DNA of 64,000 nt from Nemertoderma westbladi (GCA_032718475.1 JAUCBJ010003773.1:62001-126000); one strand, 5' to 3'. Counted from the first letter of the stretch, positions 11,791-24,945 are shown. Notes: generated by a model not told the origin, from the letters alone. Numbers and translations are program-made.

Positions 11791-12950
11791 GAAGCTCTAA
11801 ATCGGCAGGAAAGGTGGTCTGCAAAGGAAAGTATACCCTTGCTTGGTATGGTATAGTCTTGTAGGAACGTCAGTTGGGCTTCCCAGTCCCTCCTTTGCTC
11901 AGCTAACTTTTCTGGGATGGCATCGTCCCATTCCAGTCCGGCTTGCCAAATGCTGCGGAATATGATCCTAGCATGTAGGATCACTGGACTAATGAAACAC
12001 AATGGGTCATACAATCGACTCATGGTCGATAAGCAAGTCCTCTTAGTGAGAGGTCTAGTCTGTCCATTGGACCTCACACGTACCCTAAAATTGTCGGTGT
12101 TCGGGTCCCAACTAAGTCCTAATACTTTGGTCGTAGGTAGAGGTTCCAGGTCCAAGTCTAAATCACCTCCACTGCGATCCGTCGGGTCAAATGAGTTCAC
12201 TAGTTCGGGTTCGTTGGAAGCAAACTTCGTAAGGCGGAATCCACCCTCAGCGAGACAATCTTGGAGTTGGTGTGCTACGGTCGTAGCATGCTCCAGAGTG
12301 TCACAATTCTTGAGGCCGTCATCCACGTAGAAGTCTCGTTCCACTGTCCGAACTACTTCTGGGTCAAATTGGTCTTGTCTGTCTAATGCAGTTTGCTTTA
12401 AGGCGTATATGGTGCAGTTGGGGCTGTCCCTGGCTCCTAAAACTCTTACCTGCATTTGGTAAGTTTCTGGCGGAAGTTCTAAATTTCCGTCCGGATACCA
12501 AAGAAACCTCAAGCTGTCCCTGTCCCGCTCCAAAGCCTAAACCTGGTGAAACTTGGCCTCTACGTCACAGGTGAAAGCCACTTTGTGTTGTCTAAAACGC
12601 ATTAGGACTCCCATGAGGTAATTATTCATATTCAGCCCGTCCATCAGTTCGCTGTTCATAGACATCCCTTGGCAAAAAGCGCAGCCCAGTCGTTGACTAC
12701 ACGCACCTTGCCAGGTTTGTCCGGGTGTCGAACAAAATGATATGGCAGGTAATATGTCTGATCTGTGGTTACCTCAGGATTTAACATCCTAATGGCGTAT
12801 CCCTTTTGGAGATACGTCTGAAGTTGCACATTGTATTGCATATGGGCCGTCTCATCACGCAACAATCGCTGCCTTATTGATTTGAGTCGCCTCAAAGCAA
12901 GCGGGTAGTTGTTAATGAGCTAAGGTTTGCCATTGCGCCACAACATGCCT
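11790..12950 (-). pseudogene. BEL reverse transcriptase (frameshift and stops)
   Basis: YYLPYHFVRHPDKPGKVRVV; DRDSLRFLW; FYVDDGL; KVLGLSWD; YDPLCFISP. Confidence 0.92.
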
Positions 12951-14215
12951 ACTTCATAGTGGCCATTCGCGGTCTGGCAAATGGTATCTCTCATAATATT
13001 TAATGACCGTTTTTCCTGTTCTGACATAGCGATCTCGTAACAACCGGGTTCTGCTGAGTCCTGTTCTAACCATTTAATGGTCTGTTCAGTCAGCAGTCGG
13101 TCAAGTGCTGCTTGCACTGCGCCATGGTCCTCGTCCACGTCTTTGTCCGCTGCGGTGGCTAGTGTCAATGTGTCTGGTAGGCTCGCAAGCCTTCCGGTGT
13201 CACTAGTCGGCGTCGAAAAGTCGTGTGGCGGTTTGACAACCTTCTGATCTGTCGGTAGGCTCGCAAGCCTTCCTAGATCAACGACCGGTGTCAAAGCCTG
13301 GTGGGTGGGGTCAATGACCTTCGGATTTTTCGGTAGGCTCGCAAGCCTTCCAAAACCCTCGTTCATCGAGTCATCCACAGCAACAACCATTTGGTCTTCA
13401 GTAGTCAATACAACCTGGTTTACTGCAAGTAGTTGTAAGTCAGAGGTCCGTGTGGTCGTGTCCAGATCAGTTACGTCAGTATCGGTTATTTCAGCGTTAG
13501 CGACGCAAGTCTGTCGTAGTGCAGTCTGTACAATTGGACCACAGGAGTGTGAAGGAAAATTATCTATTGTGGTAGTCAATAAACTATACGTACTCAAAAC
13601 GTCGTCATCCTGGTCACTTACCTCTAGTGAATGCACTGGTGCTCTAGTATACCAACCTATGGGAGTTCTACATGCGTAGGGGTTGCCCGCTGTAATAACA
13701 GATGGGCGTACCTCCCATACCTGATGTAAGTTAAACTGGTCCATCCCAATCAACATCGCGATTAAACGATAGTTAACAGGACATTCCGGTATTCCAAGGT
13801 GTCGGAAATACTTACGATGTTCCGGTGATTGCTCTGGCACAGGGCCGAGCAAGTTACTAAAGTCCTTCGTAGCTGCAAAGGTCAAATTTCTTACCGGAAG
13901 TAATGAGTGCTCCTCCTTGCTGTGTTCCGCTTTGGAAAGAAGAGTGTCTAAGGTTAATTTTACTCTCGTCATAGGGATCGCTCTCTTACCATGCATGCTG
14001 CTTACAGTATACTGAGCAGTCTTACCTTTACTCATGTCCGTAACTACTTCGGCTACTTGTTCGTCGATGTAACTATGCGATGACGCAGACTCTAAGATAG
14101 CGTATATACGCTTGCTCCCTCGGGTTCCGGCATTCTTTATAGGAATCACGCTAAACCCTTTCAATTGGTTCTGTGTGAGGAGTGTTATCGATGGTTGTTC
14201 CTCCCCCGCATGCAC
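12950..14215 (-). pseudogene. BEL aspartic protease plus linker
   Basis: YAILESASSHSYI (catalytic D apparently replaced by E), MLIGMD, PYACRTPIGW. Confidence 0.8.
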
Positions 14216-14356
14216 GTAAAAGGTGTCGTCTTCCTCCTCGTCCTCGTCCTATGATCCCGATTGATCCATACAATCCGTGTAGAAAGTACAAATCTCGCGC
14301 GGCGCATGCTCCTTGTAGAGTGCGTCGCATCTAGCCGCTTTATCTGGATGCTCTCG

Positions 14357-17300
14357 TCAAAAGCGTTTGGTCGGAGTATGACTGTTTGAGTGAAGTAACG
14401 CTTCATGGTTACGTCCACATAGAGGACATGTATCGTCGCTCGGGCAATCCTTCTGGACGTGTCCAGGCTTAGTACATCTCCAACAAGAATCTAAAGATCG
14501 AATCTGAAGTCTCCTTTCTTCGATTCCTAACTCCTTAAAAGTGCGACATCCACATAGTTTATGTCCGCTGTGGTTTCTGCCGTTCCGCTCGCAATATGAG
14601 CATCCCACAAAGTCTGCCGGCAACTGTTGTCGTGGCCGCTTGGTGCTGATAGGCATCAGAACTTTAGAAGTTTCGGTCGGGGTGGAATAAGTCACGGCTT
14701 TCGCGTTTGTCGGAAATTGTTTGGTCCGAGTCGGCGCAGCAATAGCTACCGCTAATCCTTCTGCCGCTATATGGTGATCGGTATAGTTGGATCGAGTCTC
14801 CACTACGGCCTCCCGCGAAATCAGTTGGTAGATGTCGGTGAGTTTTAATAGCCCGCCGGCCTCTTCACGCTGATACTCGATGCGTCGCCATTCTCGTCGT
14901 AATCGATGATGAAGTCGACCGATTATTCTAATGAGAACTGTCGGTGCGTTAGCGTATTCGAGTTGTCTAATGGACCGTAAAGTCCCTATAGCGTTCTTGA
15001 TTTCGTCCGCGAGTCGTAGAAGATCGATCGTTTTCGAAATACTTACTCCTTTACAGAGGTCTTCCATAATAGATTTAGCCATGGCTACGTTGCCGCCGTA
15101 AATCGAATATAGACGGTCGTACGCCAACTCAAAGGCATCTGGAACACCGATGAAGGTTTCCGCTAATCGTTTCGGCTCACCAGACAGAACATGGAGCAAG
15201 TAATTAAACTTCTCCATCGAGGTGAAGGCACACTTAGCGATCTGGGACTCTACGTAGTCTACTAGTGTACGCCAGTGTTTTGCATTGCCAGAGAACTTTG
15301 GCGGTTGTTGTGCCGGTAATCCATGTCTAGCCACAAACTTCGCAATCTCGCTAACCAAATCTAACTGTCCGCGTATCTGTTCAGTTGTGTCGTCCAGTCG
15401 TTCCCTTCTGCGCGTTGTCCATCGGTAGGAAATATTAACGGGATCTTCTTCTCAATGTTTCGGAGTCTGTCTAGTCTCCTGTTCTCTCCTTGGTGGTCGA
15501 TGTTGTCTAGGTTGTTCTACTTCCACACTGGTCCGTGATCTATCCGATGATCGCGCTTCGAGTCGCTCTTCAAGTTGAGCTAGTCGGTCCGCCACAGGTC
15601 GCATTATTTCGGCGAGTCTGTTAGTGCTAATCGTCTCAGTCGGTTGTAACACAGGTTTCTGGACGGGTGTTTCTCGTGGAGGATTGTCGATGTACTGATT
15701 CGTAGATCTCTCCTCTCGTTTGTAATCATCCGCCGCTCCAGTACGGAATATTTCTCTCTCCATCGACTCCGAGTCGCTAGATGAGTCGCTGTCGTCCGGA
15801 TAAGGTGGTTGACGGGTTCGCGTCCGACGTATTAATTTCGGTCGCGCTCGTCGTGGTCTGGGATCTACGGCTCTCTGTTGTTCGGTAGGCTCGCAAGCCT
15901 TCCACGAAGTCGTAGGTCTCGTTAAATGTGGTTCGATCCTGTGGGTACTACCCACATGGTTAGTCGTTCATTGTTCGGTAGGCTCGCAAGCCTTCCACGA
16001 AGTCGTAGGTCTCATCGAACATTGTGTCAATGGTCGAATAAAATGGTCGGGTTTCGTAGTCGGTCTGTAAATGACTGGGTTCGCACAGCACGTCACAGGT
16101 TTAACTGCTAACGGCTTACTTACCTGTTTAATTGTCATAAATGCAGGTTCCTCTCTTCCTACAAGTAGACTACGACTTACTGTAGGTGGACTATTTACTT
16201 TACCTGCTAAAATTGGTGATGAAGTTGCCCTAGGTTGCGGCATTTCCGTCACAACAAACCTGTTACCTTGCGTCGAGTGCACAGGTGATATTTCTTTAGG
16301 TTTCGTAAGAAAGACTGGTTTTATCGGAGTTGTAGGTTTGAGCATAGGAATCACTTGTGGAAAACGTTTACAGTAATCCTCGACGAACTCCTCTCCTCGA
16401 TCTATCGCTCCCACACTTCCTTCCTCGATTCGCTTCTGAATCCCATGGTATCGAGTTTCCATGCGATCCAGGGCAGACAAGTCATGTCCAGCTCGAGATC
16501 TTATAGATCTATCTCTCGCGTCGAGTTCGAGGTCCACTTGCGCGTTTGCTGCCTCGTGTGATCTACGATTTAGTTCGAACTGTAGTTGCATCTCCCTTTC
16601 GCGTCGATCTGCTACCTGTTGTTGTGCCGCTAACTCCACTTCTTGTATAGCTAATCGAGCGTTTATTTGTCTTGCTTCCAACTTGGCACGAGCGTCGGAT
16701 GATGCTTTCTTCCGTGCTAACTCTGCTGCATTTACCGTTGCAACTCGTGCTAACTCGTCGGCTGCAGCTGCCGCTGCCGCTTCTTGCGCCAAGTCCTCCT
16801 CCAATCTTCACATTTCTGAGGCTTCGAATTCGGCTTGAGCCTTGAGTTTCGCAATTCTTGCTTCATCCTCTCTATGTTGTTTCTCTCCCTCGATGGCGAT
16901 CTGTGCCATCTTCCGTTGTGCTTCTTCCTCGACGACTTGTTGTCGGCGTGCAACCTCCTGTTGTTGTCGAGTAATTACAGACGCTGTTCTACTAACGTCG
17001 CCAACGTCGCTCCGTACACTAACGAACGATCTATCCAGTGGTGGAATTTGGTAGGCTCGCAAGCTTTCCGTAGTTAAAACTTTCGTCGTCCCTCGCGGTT
17101 CGACTTCCGGTTCTTCGATTGGTACGCCGCATCTACGAAGAAATGTGGTGAGCGTCTCCAACCTCCCGTCTAGGCAATATAGTTCTTCTTCCTCTTCGGG
17201 TTGCAACAACGCGTCCGAAACTGACTCACCTAGCAGTTGGTCGAACTGCTCCTGTTGAGCCAATCTTATTACTGACTTAAACTGGATGAGGCTTTCCCTC

Positions 17301-17794
17301 GCACTTACCAACTTATCTATTATCTTTACCTGAGTAAAGTTGTCGTCACGCAACTCTGCAAGTTCATGTAAACCTTTAAGTATATCTACGGAAGCATGTA
17401 CCCTACTTTCTATCCTTACCTGTAAGGTGTAGAACTCATATCTCGACATCGGGGCAGTTAACTTGCGTAAAACGCGAAAACCTTCTCCGAGGTTTCGAGT
17501 AATCTGGGCCATGTGTCCTCCTATACTCCTAATAACATTTTCTTGGCTTCCCACCAAGCTTATCATGTCTGGTTCCCGTGACCTGGTCTGTGGGACTGTA
17601 AGGAAATCTTCGATTCTGCCATCGCCACGCGTTGCGGCTTCCGGTATTTCTGTTCGGGGTACGGGCGATGCACGCGGTGTAACATCGGTGGAATCTCGGG
17701 TTCTCCTTCTCTGTTCGTCTACTGTCGATCTGTCCGGGTCGCACGAGTCATAATCGGTAGGTGGGTGTCGAGTCGAATGTGGTGTGTCACTCAT
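14357..17794 (-). pseudogene. gag: BEL gag (DUF1759-like domain, three Cys motifs), interrupted by in-frame stops
   Basis: ORFs 16808-17794, 15968-16804, 15452-15955 and 14357-15358 are in one frame that continues into PR and RT. PPKFSGNAKHW...KFNYLLHVLSGE; CSYC..H..C, CWRC..H..C, CPLC..H..H. Confidence 0.88.
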
Positions 17795-17829
17795 GTATAT
17801 ATGTCATGTCATGTCATTATATACGTCAA

Positions 17830-18045
17830 GTACGGGAAATAAAATGTCAAAGTATCAGAATGTCGAAATGTCAAAATTACCTTGGTATATATATATATCA
17901 TATATATATACCCTAACCGGTACAAATAAAATTAACAAAGTCAGAATGTCGAAATGTCAAAATGTCGAAATGTCAAAATGTCAAACTTACCTTGATATAT
18001 ATATATCATATATATATACCCTAACCGGTACAAATAAAATTAAAG
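17830..18045. repeat. Tandem duplication (~110 bp) in the 5' leader of the BEL element
   Basis: AAATGTCAAA...TACCTTG...TATATATATCATATATATATACCCTAACCGGTACAAATAAAATTAA occurs twice. Confidence 0.8.
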
Positions 18046-18885
18046 TATATAATAAAATATGTAATAATCTAGCCTACCGGCTAAATTTGTACGAATAAGT
18101 GAGATAACGGTATACGTTACCAAAATGTAGATCAACAAGTACAAATAATAGGCAAAACAGCAATGTCTAATGGGAAAATAAGTACCAACAACACTACTAA
18201 TTAGACAGTGAAACCCACAAATTTTGAGTACTACTGTGCTCGTAAGTTTGAATGACATGAGTCGTAAAACTTACGCTCCTTTGATCTTCCAGTCGTGCAA
18301 ATTTCCAAATACAAACCGGACGTGGGTCGTTCCATTTTTCGGCATCGCGGACGAATTTTGTGTCTCCCAAACTTTGCGAAAAGCGGTCTAATCCCTCGAA
18401 GCGGTCCAGAAATGAGTCCTTGAGTCCTGAAAAGTCGAAGGTGATAGTTTTACTTCTACTCTACGAAAAATCTTCCGAGGTGCCGATACAACTTGGTCTT
18501 TAAACCCTATGTACCTTTTCAAGTACCGAAAAGTAACACCGCACACACACGGCGTAAAACAAATTGCTATAAACTAACTATTAGCTAGTCAAATATTAAA
18601 TACGAAACTACTAGCTACCCTAAAGGCCTACTGGCAGGGGACATTCTACAAATTACTAACTTTACTAATTTTAAATTGTAAATATCTCCTGCTTTTACAA
18701 TAGATAACAGTATATAGTTATATATTCCTTACTGTAAAGTGCGCACGCATGTTTCAGAGAGTGCAATACTATTTAAACTATATTTAGAATATTTAATAAA
18801 ATATCTCTTACTGTAAAGTGCATGCACTTTACAGAGCGTACAGATCTAAACAATACTATACATTAATTTATAAAATATCTCTTAC

Positions 18886-21055
18886 TGTAAAGTCCAGTAG
18901 TATACCGCTTACCAGATCCTAGTAACGATGTATCTTACCGTAAGATCCAGTAATGTATACGGGCTCGTACAGTATCTGACAACAAATCCCAGTCCAGGGT
19001 ATCTAAACAAACAGATACAAGTACGCAAACAACTACTGGCAAGGAACAGAGCCTAGTGTCTATTCTACGTACGTGAGTGTGTCTAATGCCTATGAACTAG
19101 ACAAAAGGATGCCTGTCCTCTAACCAGTGAGGCAGATGTACAGTTATGGTGACAAACCAAACTCACGGGAAAACAATCCCCGCGCAGCGAATCCTAACTA
19201 TCTCTGACAGACCTAAATACCGTAACTTGCCGCGGTGTGATTTATATGGTTTATATACTAGCTAGTGGGTTAACAGACCTAGCGTAACAATACTGACACC
19301 TGTACTAAATCAGTCTAAAGGGGGTCGTGCCTAAAGTAACGATACTATTGCTCAGTCAAACAACAGTCTAATAAATAAATACTCCTCCTTGCCATAACTA
19401 AATATCAGATCCTAAATTTACAAACTACGAATAGTAAATTACAGATAAATTCTGCCTAAAAGTAATCTAAAAACTATAACTAGTAGAACTTTAAGGGTAC
19501 ATATGTTTTAGGGCGTGTGTGTGTGGGTGTGTTACAATAAAACAATTTTGGTGTATCCCATTGTACTAGGTTTTAGTGATTTTCTGACCAAAACAATACT
19601 GTGCGCTAGCTACGAAAATAAGCTAGTCGCGCTCTGTAGAACTTTATACTTACAAATGACGTCAAAGCTCTCTCCTTCCTATCCACAACTCAAACGGGCA
19701 ATTACGTTGTTAGTAACTACACCCGTGATCGGCACAAATACCAGATTCTGGTTGTAAGATAAGAAATAGGAGTTAATTGCTACCGTTCGTTAGCTGATCT
19801 GGTATACAAATTTGATTCTAGAATTTTGTTGCCACGGTGGTTAGCAGCAATACCTATCAGTACGTGGCAAGGCGCGGTAGGATATTAATAAACCTCCCTA
19901 GGCCAAGCGAAGTGCCGGTAGCAGAAATACTCTTTGCCTGATCAAATAACTAAGGTTCAGACAGGGGGGGGGGGGGGGTACTAATGTATATTCCACAAAG
20001 CAAACCGGTACCGAACTGTCAGTATTGCGAATCACTAAATTATGGAACATATGCTGTCTGTACCTAATATGTACTCGCGTACTTACCTAATATGTACTCG
20101 CGTACTGACGAACGGCAATAGTTCACACCTATAAGAGATACAGGTTAACCCAGGGATTTGCAGTACAGGGTCCTGACTGAATCTAGCTACCTGATCCTAA
20201 ATTTTGCGGCGTCCCAGGACGGCGTCACGCTTACCCTGATCTATAGGTCTTACATCGGGGAAGGGCGTCAAACAAAGTCTTACCTTCCTCGGAAATCGGG
20301 CGCTGCATGGCAAAGTGGAGTATTTCGAAGGGGCGAAGGGGGTGCGCGGTCTAATCTAAAGTGGGCGCTAGCGTGTTGTGGACATCTTCCCTGCGTTGCT
20401 GATGGCCTAACGGTCTAGGCGGCCATCCTCCCAATGCTTGGCTGTCCCAATGGTTGACAATCAGAAATATACATGTTCCAAAGTTTACAGTATATTTACG
20501 TAATTTACAAAGATTTATCAACCTGAACACTAACAAATAATTCAAGGTTAACAAGATTTGAAACAAATAACAAGTAAACTAATACTAAATCAATAGTAGT
20601 AGTGAGGGATAAGATAGTGGCATAAGTGTGGCATAAGTGTGTGTGATAACCGAAGGCAAACCAGCCCTTAGATAGCAAATCTGGGACATAGAATCCGCCT
20701 GAACCTTCCAGAGCATTCCATGGCCTCACATTGGAGCAATAAGATGTTCCATGCCCTATGATTGGCCCAACTCATCGTTCCATACGTTGTACGCACCTCA
20801 TTGGTTTATCAAATTAGATCAAATGAAAATAAATTGCCCAAAAATGCAAATTTCCCGACTGGGATTCGAACTCGTAACCTAATGTAACCAACGCCTTAAC
20901 CATCTGACCACTGCGCCATTAGGGTTACCTACGGGTTTATGTGTACCAATATGAATAGGCATATTACATTACTGTAATTTAATCAAAATGCGTCGGATTT
21001 TAGAAAGTTTTTACGTTAAACTACAAATGCTACTCTATAGTGAAATAATCCATCA
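18886..21055 (-). repeat. 5' LTR of BEL/Pao element (2170 bp)
   Basis: Direct repeat of 2752-4917, upstream of gag on the minus strand. Confidence 0.95.
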
Positions 21056-24000
21056 CCTTAGTCTAGTCTTTTCTATTATTTTTGTCAAATATTTACGAAA
21101 ATTGCTAATTTTGTGAGGAATAATTCAGTCTCGAAAACTAATAGTTGTTGGTCACGAAAACAAAATATTCAGTATAAACTTAATTTGGTCCCACAATTGA
21201 GTAGTGGTTTGATTCGATGCTCGGAATTCGTATAACGACCTCTGACTCCAGAGGCCAGGGATCCACGTAAGTTTTCATTATGTCATGAATGCTTTAAAGT
21301 TGCTAACCAGGTAAAATAAAAAAGTAGAAGGAAAAGTAGCTATAAAAACTATAAGTAGTTTTTTACTACTATTAGTATTAAAAAGTAGCTATATCCATCA
21401 AAATCTCTAGTTTACACACTTTAATTTAATTTTGGTCATTAAACTCATCACATTTTTCTTTGATATTGATTGATTGCATTGATAAGCCAGTCAAATCAAT
21501 GAGAACATTTTTTTTGTCAGATATAGAGAAAAAAAGGTGTGATATAGAAATTTATAGCTAAAATTGATTTAAGCTAAGATAATTATAGATTTCATATATC
21601 TTTGTATATCTTTGGACTTTTATATTATTAAATTTCTGTATCTGTTCTTTAACTTTTCTGAAAATTAAAGAGCGACGGGAGCAGCCTTTTTGAGGAATAA
21701 ATTTGTATATTACTCAGCCACTCATTGGTTATTTTCAAATTCCGGTGGTCTGTTTCAAGCCGGGGCCAGGGCCCCTAGACCGCAGCCTATTTAGCCTATA
21801 GGTGAATGCTGTCCTGGAATGGGGGTGGGTGTAAGCATATCCAGTCAGGTCTAGTTCGTGTCAAGACCCGTCTAACGATTGACGATTCTCTATGCTACGA
21901 TTAACGGCTGTCTTCTACATCCTTGTCAGTTCTCCCAGGGGTTTGCTATGGATATCTCCGTTAGTTGAGGAACTCTGGATTGACATTATTCAAAGTATAT
22001 TACTTCGGTATAACAAAGTTGTGTCAAGTACATTGAGGATAAAACAGTATATGTTACGATATATGGTGCTGTGTACTAGAACAGCCCATCATACAGTACT
22101 GAGTGATTAGATAAGTTATATTGATGTACAGCCGTCATTAGGTAGGGAAAATGAAATACACGAGTTTATATTATTCAACCGATTTTGTAGAATATGTAGT
22201 CTTACGTACGTAATTTTTATAATAAAACCTTAGCATATAAAATTACGGTGGCAAACTTTTGTAAAACATTAATACGAATTTGCCATTTAATGATAATAGT
22301 TGGACCAAATGTGTATTTGTATTAATTTCATTCGTATTTTCCTATAAACTGGTGTTGTACTAAATTAACGCTAAAATGTGCTTTAATAATAGCAAAATTA
22401 ATGTTACGGCCATAAACCTATAAGCCCACCAAGACAGATTTATTACCATATATGGTAATGATTTGATAACCTGGGAAGCATAGGGCTACAATCCGGCTCC
22501 CCCATTGGTTTAGCTATTTTAGGTTGGTTTAATTGTAGTAGGATTTGTTGGACCAATAATATAACCATTGCGTCATACCTATATTTTGTCAGTGTATGTC
22601 AGTACACCAGTACAGCAGTACTGTGCACGTGTTAGTTGGTTTTAATTTTTTTTTCCTTTCACTCTTTATTATTATTATTATACATTTATTAAATTTCGGA
22701 AACAAAATGTAAATAAACGCCCACCACCTATACAGATATGTCAACAATCAGGTGCCTAGCTACTATTATAAATATAAAAGTTGGTTTTACGTTAGTTGGT
22801 TTTAATGTTTTTGATCTTCTTGCTTGTCGTTTAATGTTAATTCTTCTAATTCTGTAAATTATAAATACTGATTTCTGCTGTTATGCCTAGGAATTATAAC
22901 TTTGAATAATGATCTTCTTGCATTGACTCTTGATTTCTTTAATCTTTGCGATTGCGATGTAGCAAATCCTTACAAGGAATTTCCTTTCAACTGTCAGATT
23001 GTTTGTAAATGCATGCGCCGATATGGTAACTATTCGCTTTAGCATGACGGGCTAAGGGTACCGGTAGGCGTAGCGGGCGCACTGTGGAAGCGACGGAAGG
23101 AGGAGTGGAGGATCCAATATGGGGTAATGCTGGCGGGGGGACAGTATTTGCGGTTGGGCTAACCAGTTAGGGACTGGGGACTGGTCGTCATTACAGCATT
23201 AGGGGGCTGACGATCCAGATTTCGTCTCACCTTACAGTACTACGGTAGCCTAGTGGGTTTAGTTAGGAAGGCCGTATGTAGCTTGGGTGGTCTGGATCTC
23301 TTACACTAGCGCCATCACTAGCGCTGTCGATAGCACCACCAGCTTTGCCACTAACGCTATTTTATGTTGTGTTGTTTAAGGAGTGCCTGATGCTTGATTG
23401 TAATGTTTAGATAGGCGCTACTTCTCTTGATTGTTTTCTATTTCTTAGCTTATGCTTATTAATTGCTGTTAAGTCAAAATAATACAGTATTTAGGCTGTT
23501 GCTAGTATAACTCAGAACGTAAGAAATTAGAAATACGTATTCTGGAATACGTAGTAATTAGTATGCAACTCTATAATTTGAGATACGGTAATTTATTTAA
23601 CACTTAGAATATAATTAAGAACTTGTACGCTGCATAGTGGAGAATAGTCGGGTAAATTACGTTTAGAAATACTTTAGAATATTCAACGCAAGGCAGTTAT
23701 TTGAAAATAGCGGGCCAGCAGGCTGACAGCGGCAGTGAAGGTGGCGTAGTAGTAAATTCGCTGGCTTAAACCAGCGCCAGACCCAAGTTTTCGACATTAG
23801 GGCAAATTAATATCCAATCCCATTATACATATTAAATATTCTCGCATTCGACATTGTTTCGCGCAGTAAACTGCCTGTATTTCTCTGTGGTAAGTGAACG
23901 CCGAGTGCAAACCACCCGCACTCATTAAGTAGCTTAGGGAGCCATTTCAGATTTATTGTTTTGGTTATTGCTGTGGCTTATAAATTCGAACAGTTAGCTC

Positions 24001-24409
24001 CATGTTGAGAAATCGACAGAGAAAGGAGCGTGTGATTGCCAGAGCCATATATAGTTCATAATAGTAAAAGATCCTTGGTAAACGGTTCTGACGGTTCTGC
24101 TTGCGTTCAACAGTATAAAACTGATAACCAACAATCAAGTCCACCACAAAGGCCATAAGGTCACCCACCAAGAGTCAAGAGAGGTGAGGAATGATGTACT
24201 AACCACCGTTAATTATACACATAAGTAATAATCACCATAATAAGAAATCACTGCTTACTGTATACTGTAATATGGTGCTAAATCTAATATCAATAAGCAA
24301 CAAACACCTGACCGGCATCCAATTAGTACATGTTCACACCTCTACCTTCACCACTAAGTTTGGAGCAACCGCGAGCTATAAGGTTAATGTGAATATTGAT
24401 TTCGTTGCC

Positions 24410-24945
24410 AACTACTACTACTGCGATCGGCTTGCTGCATTGCAGCTGCATTATGTATATATTACATATATATTAAGAATGATGTGCCAGCTTGTCAACA
24501 AAATTGCGCCGGCACAACTCTCTATCACCCATGACATTTGCTAGAATATCTGCATCTTCAACGCTAGTGTCCTTTAAAATGCGTTTCAAGAAAATCATTA
24601 GCTAGCTTATTTTCTCCATGAGGCCGCCAAAGCACATTGGATGGTCCTCACGGCGAAAGCAATGTCCTGCAAAGCGGAGGCGGGTCCGTTCAAGTGTCAA
24701 GCTAGGGGAGACTAATGGAACACCTCCATTGTTGTATAGAGTCTGACTGGAGATGGGTGTTCACTGTACTTGACACAATGAACCCGGCGCACCATTCTTG
24801 TGAAAGTGCCAGCCAGAGATTTAGTATCCTCTGCAGTTAGAGCCCAGCATGGACTCCCGCATATAAGAATACTGGTACTACTACAGCCATAAATAATCGA
24901 ACCTTAAGGCTCCGTTTTATTCTATGGGACTCCCACATCCTGGAC
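24410..24945 (-). mobile_element. RTE-type LINE 3' fragment
   Basis: Homologous to 29420-29942 (RLRFAGHCFRRED); (TAG)n tail on the minus strand at ~24410-24422. Confidence 0.8.

Larger units (their letters stand above)
2752..21055 (-). mobile_element. BEL/Pao LTR retrotransposon, both LTRs present, defective
   Basis: Two ~2.17-kb direct repeats with TG...CA ends, flanked by CCCTA / CCTTA (imperfect 5-bp target-site duplication, TSD). Minus-strand gag-PR-RT-RNaseH order with BEL-type triple Cys motifs. Confidence 0.93.

Noticed and set aside
13176-13351. Mini-CRISPR (20-bp palindromic repeat with 58-bp spacers)
   Set aside because: The two spacers are homologous to each other and in frame in the polyprotein. 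This is an old tandem duplication, reported instead under the hairpin finding.
7890-17753. Plus-strand ORFs overlapping the BEL coding region
   Set aside because: Antisense shadows of the minus-strand polyprotein with no recognisable motifs.
18395-18410. Displaced tRNA-Tyr-like PBS (TGGACCGCTTCGAG)
   Set aside because: It is about 480 bp from the LTR end and only loosely similar to TGGTCCTTCGAG.
22850-24200. 5' part of another LTR element (TGGTGGGTGACC as PBS, GC-rich patch)
   Set aside because: No LTR pair and no recognisable gag translation.
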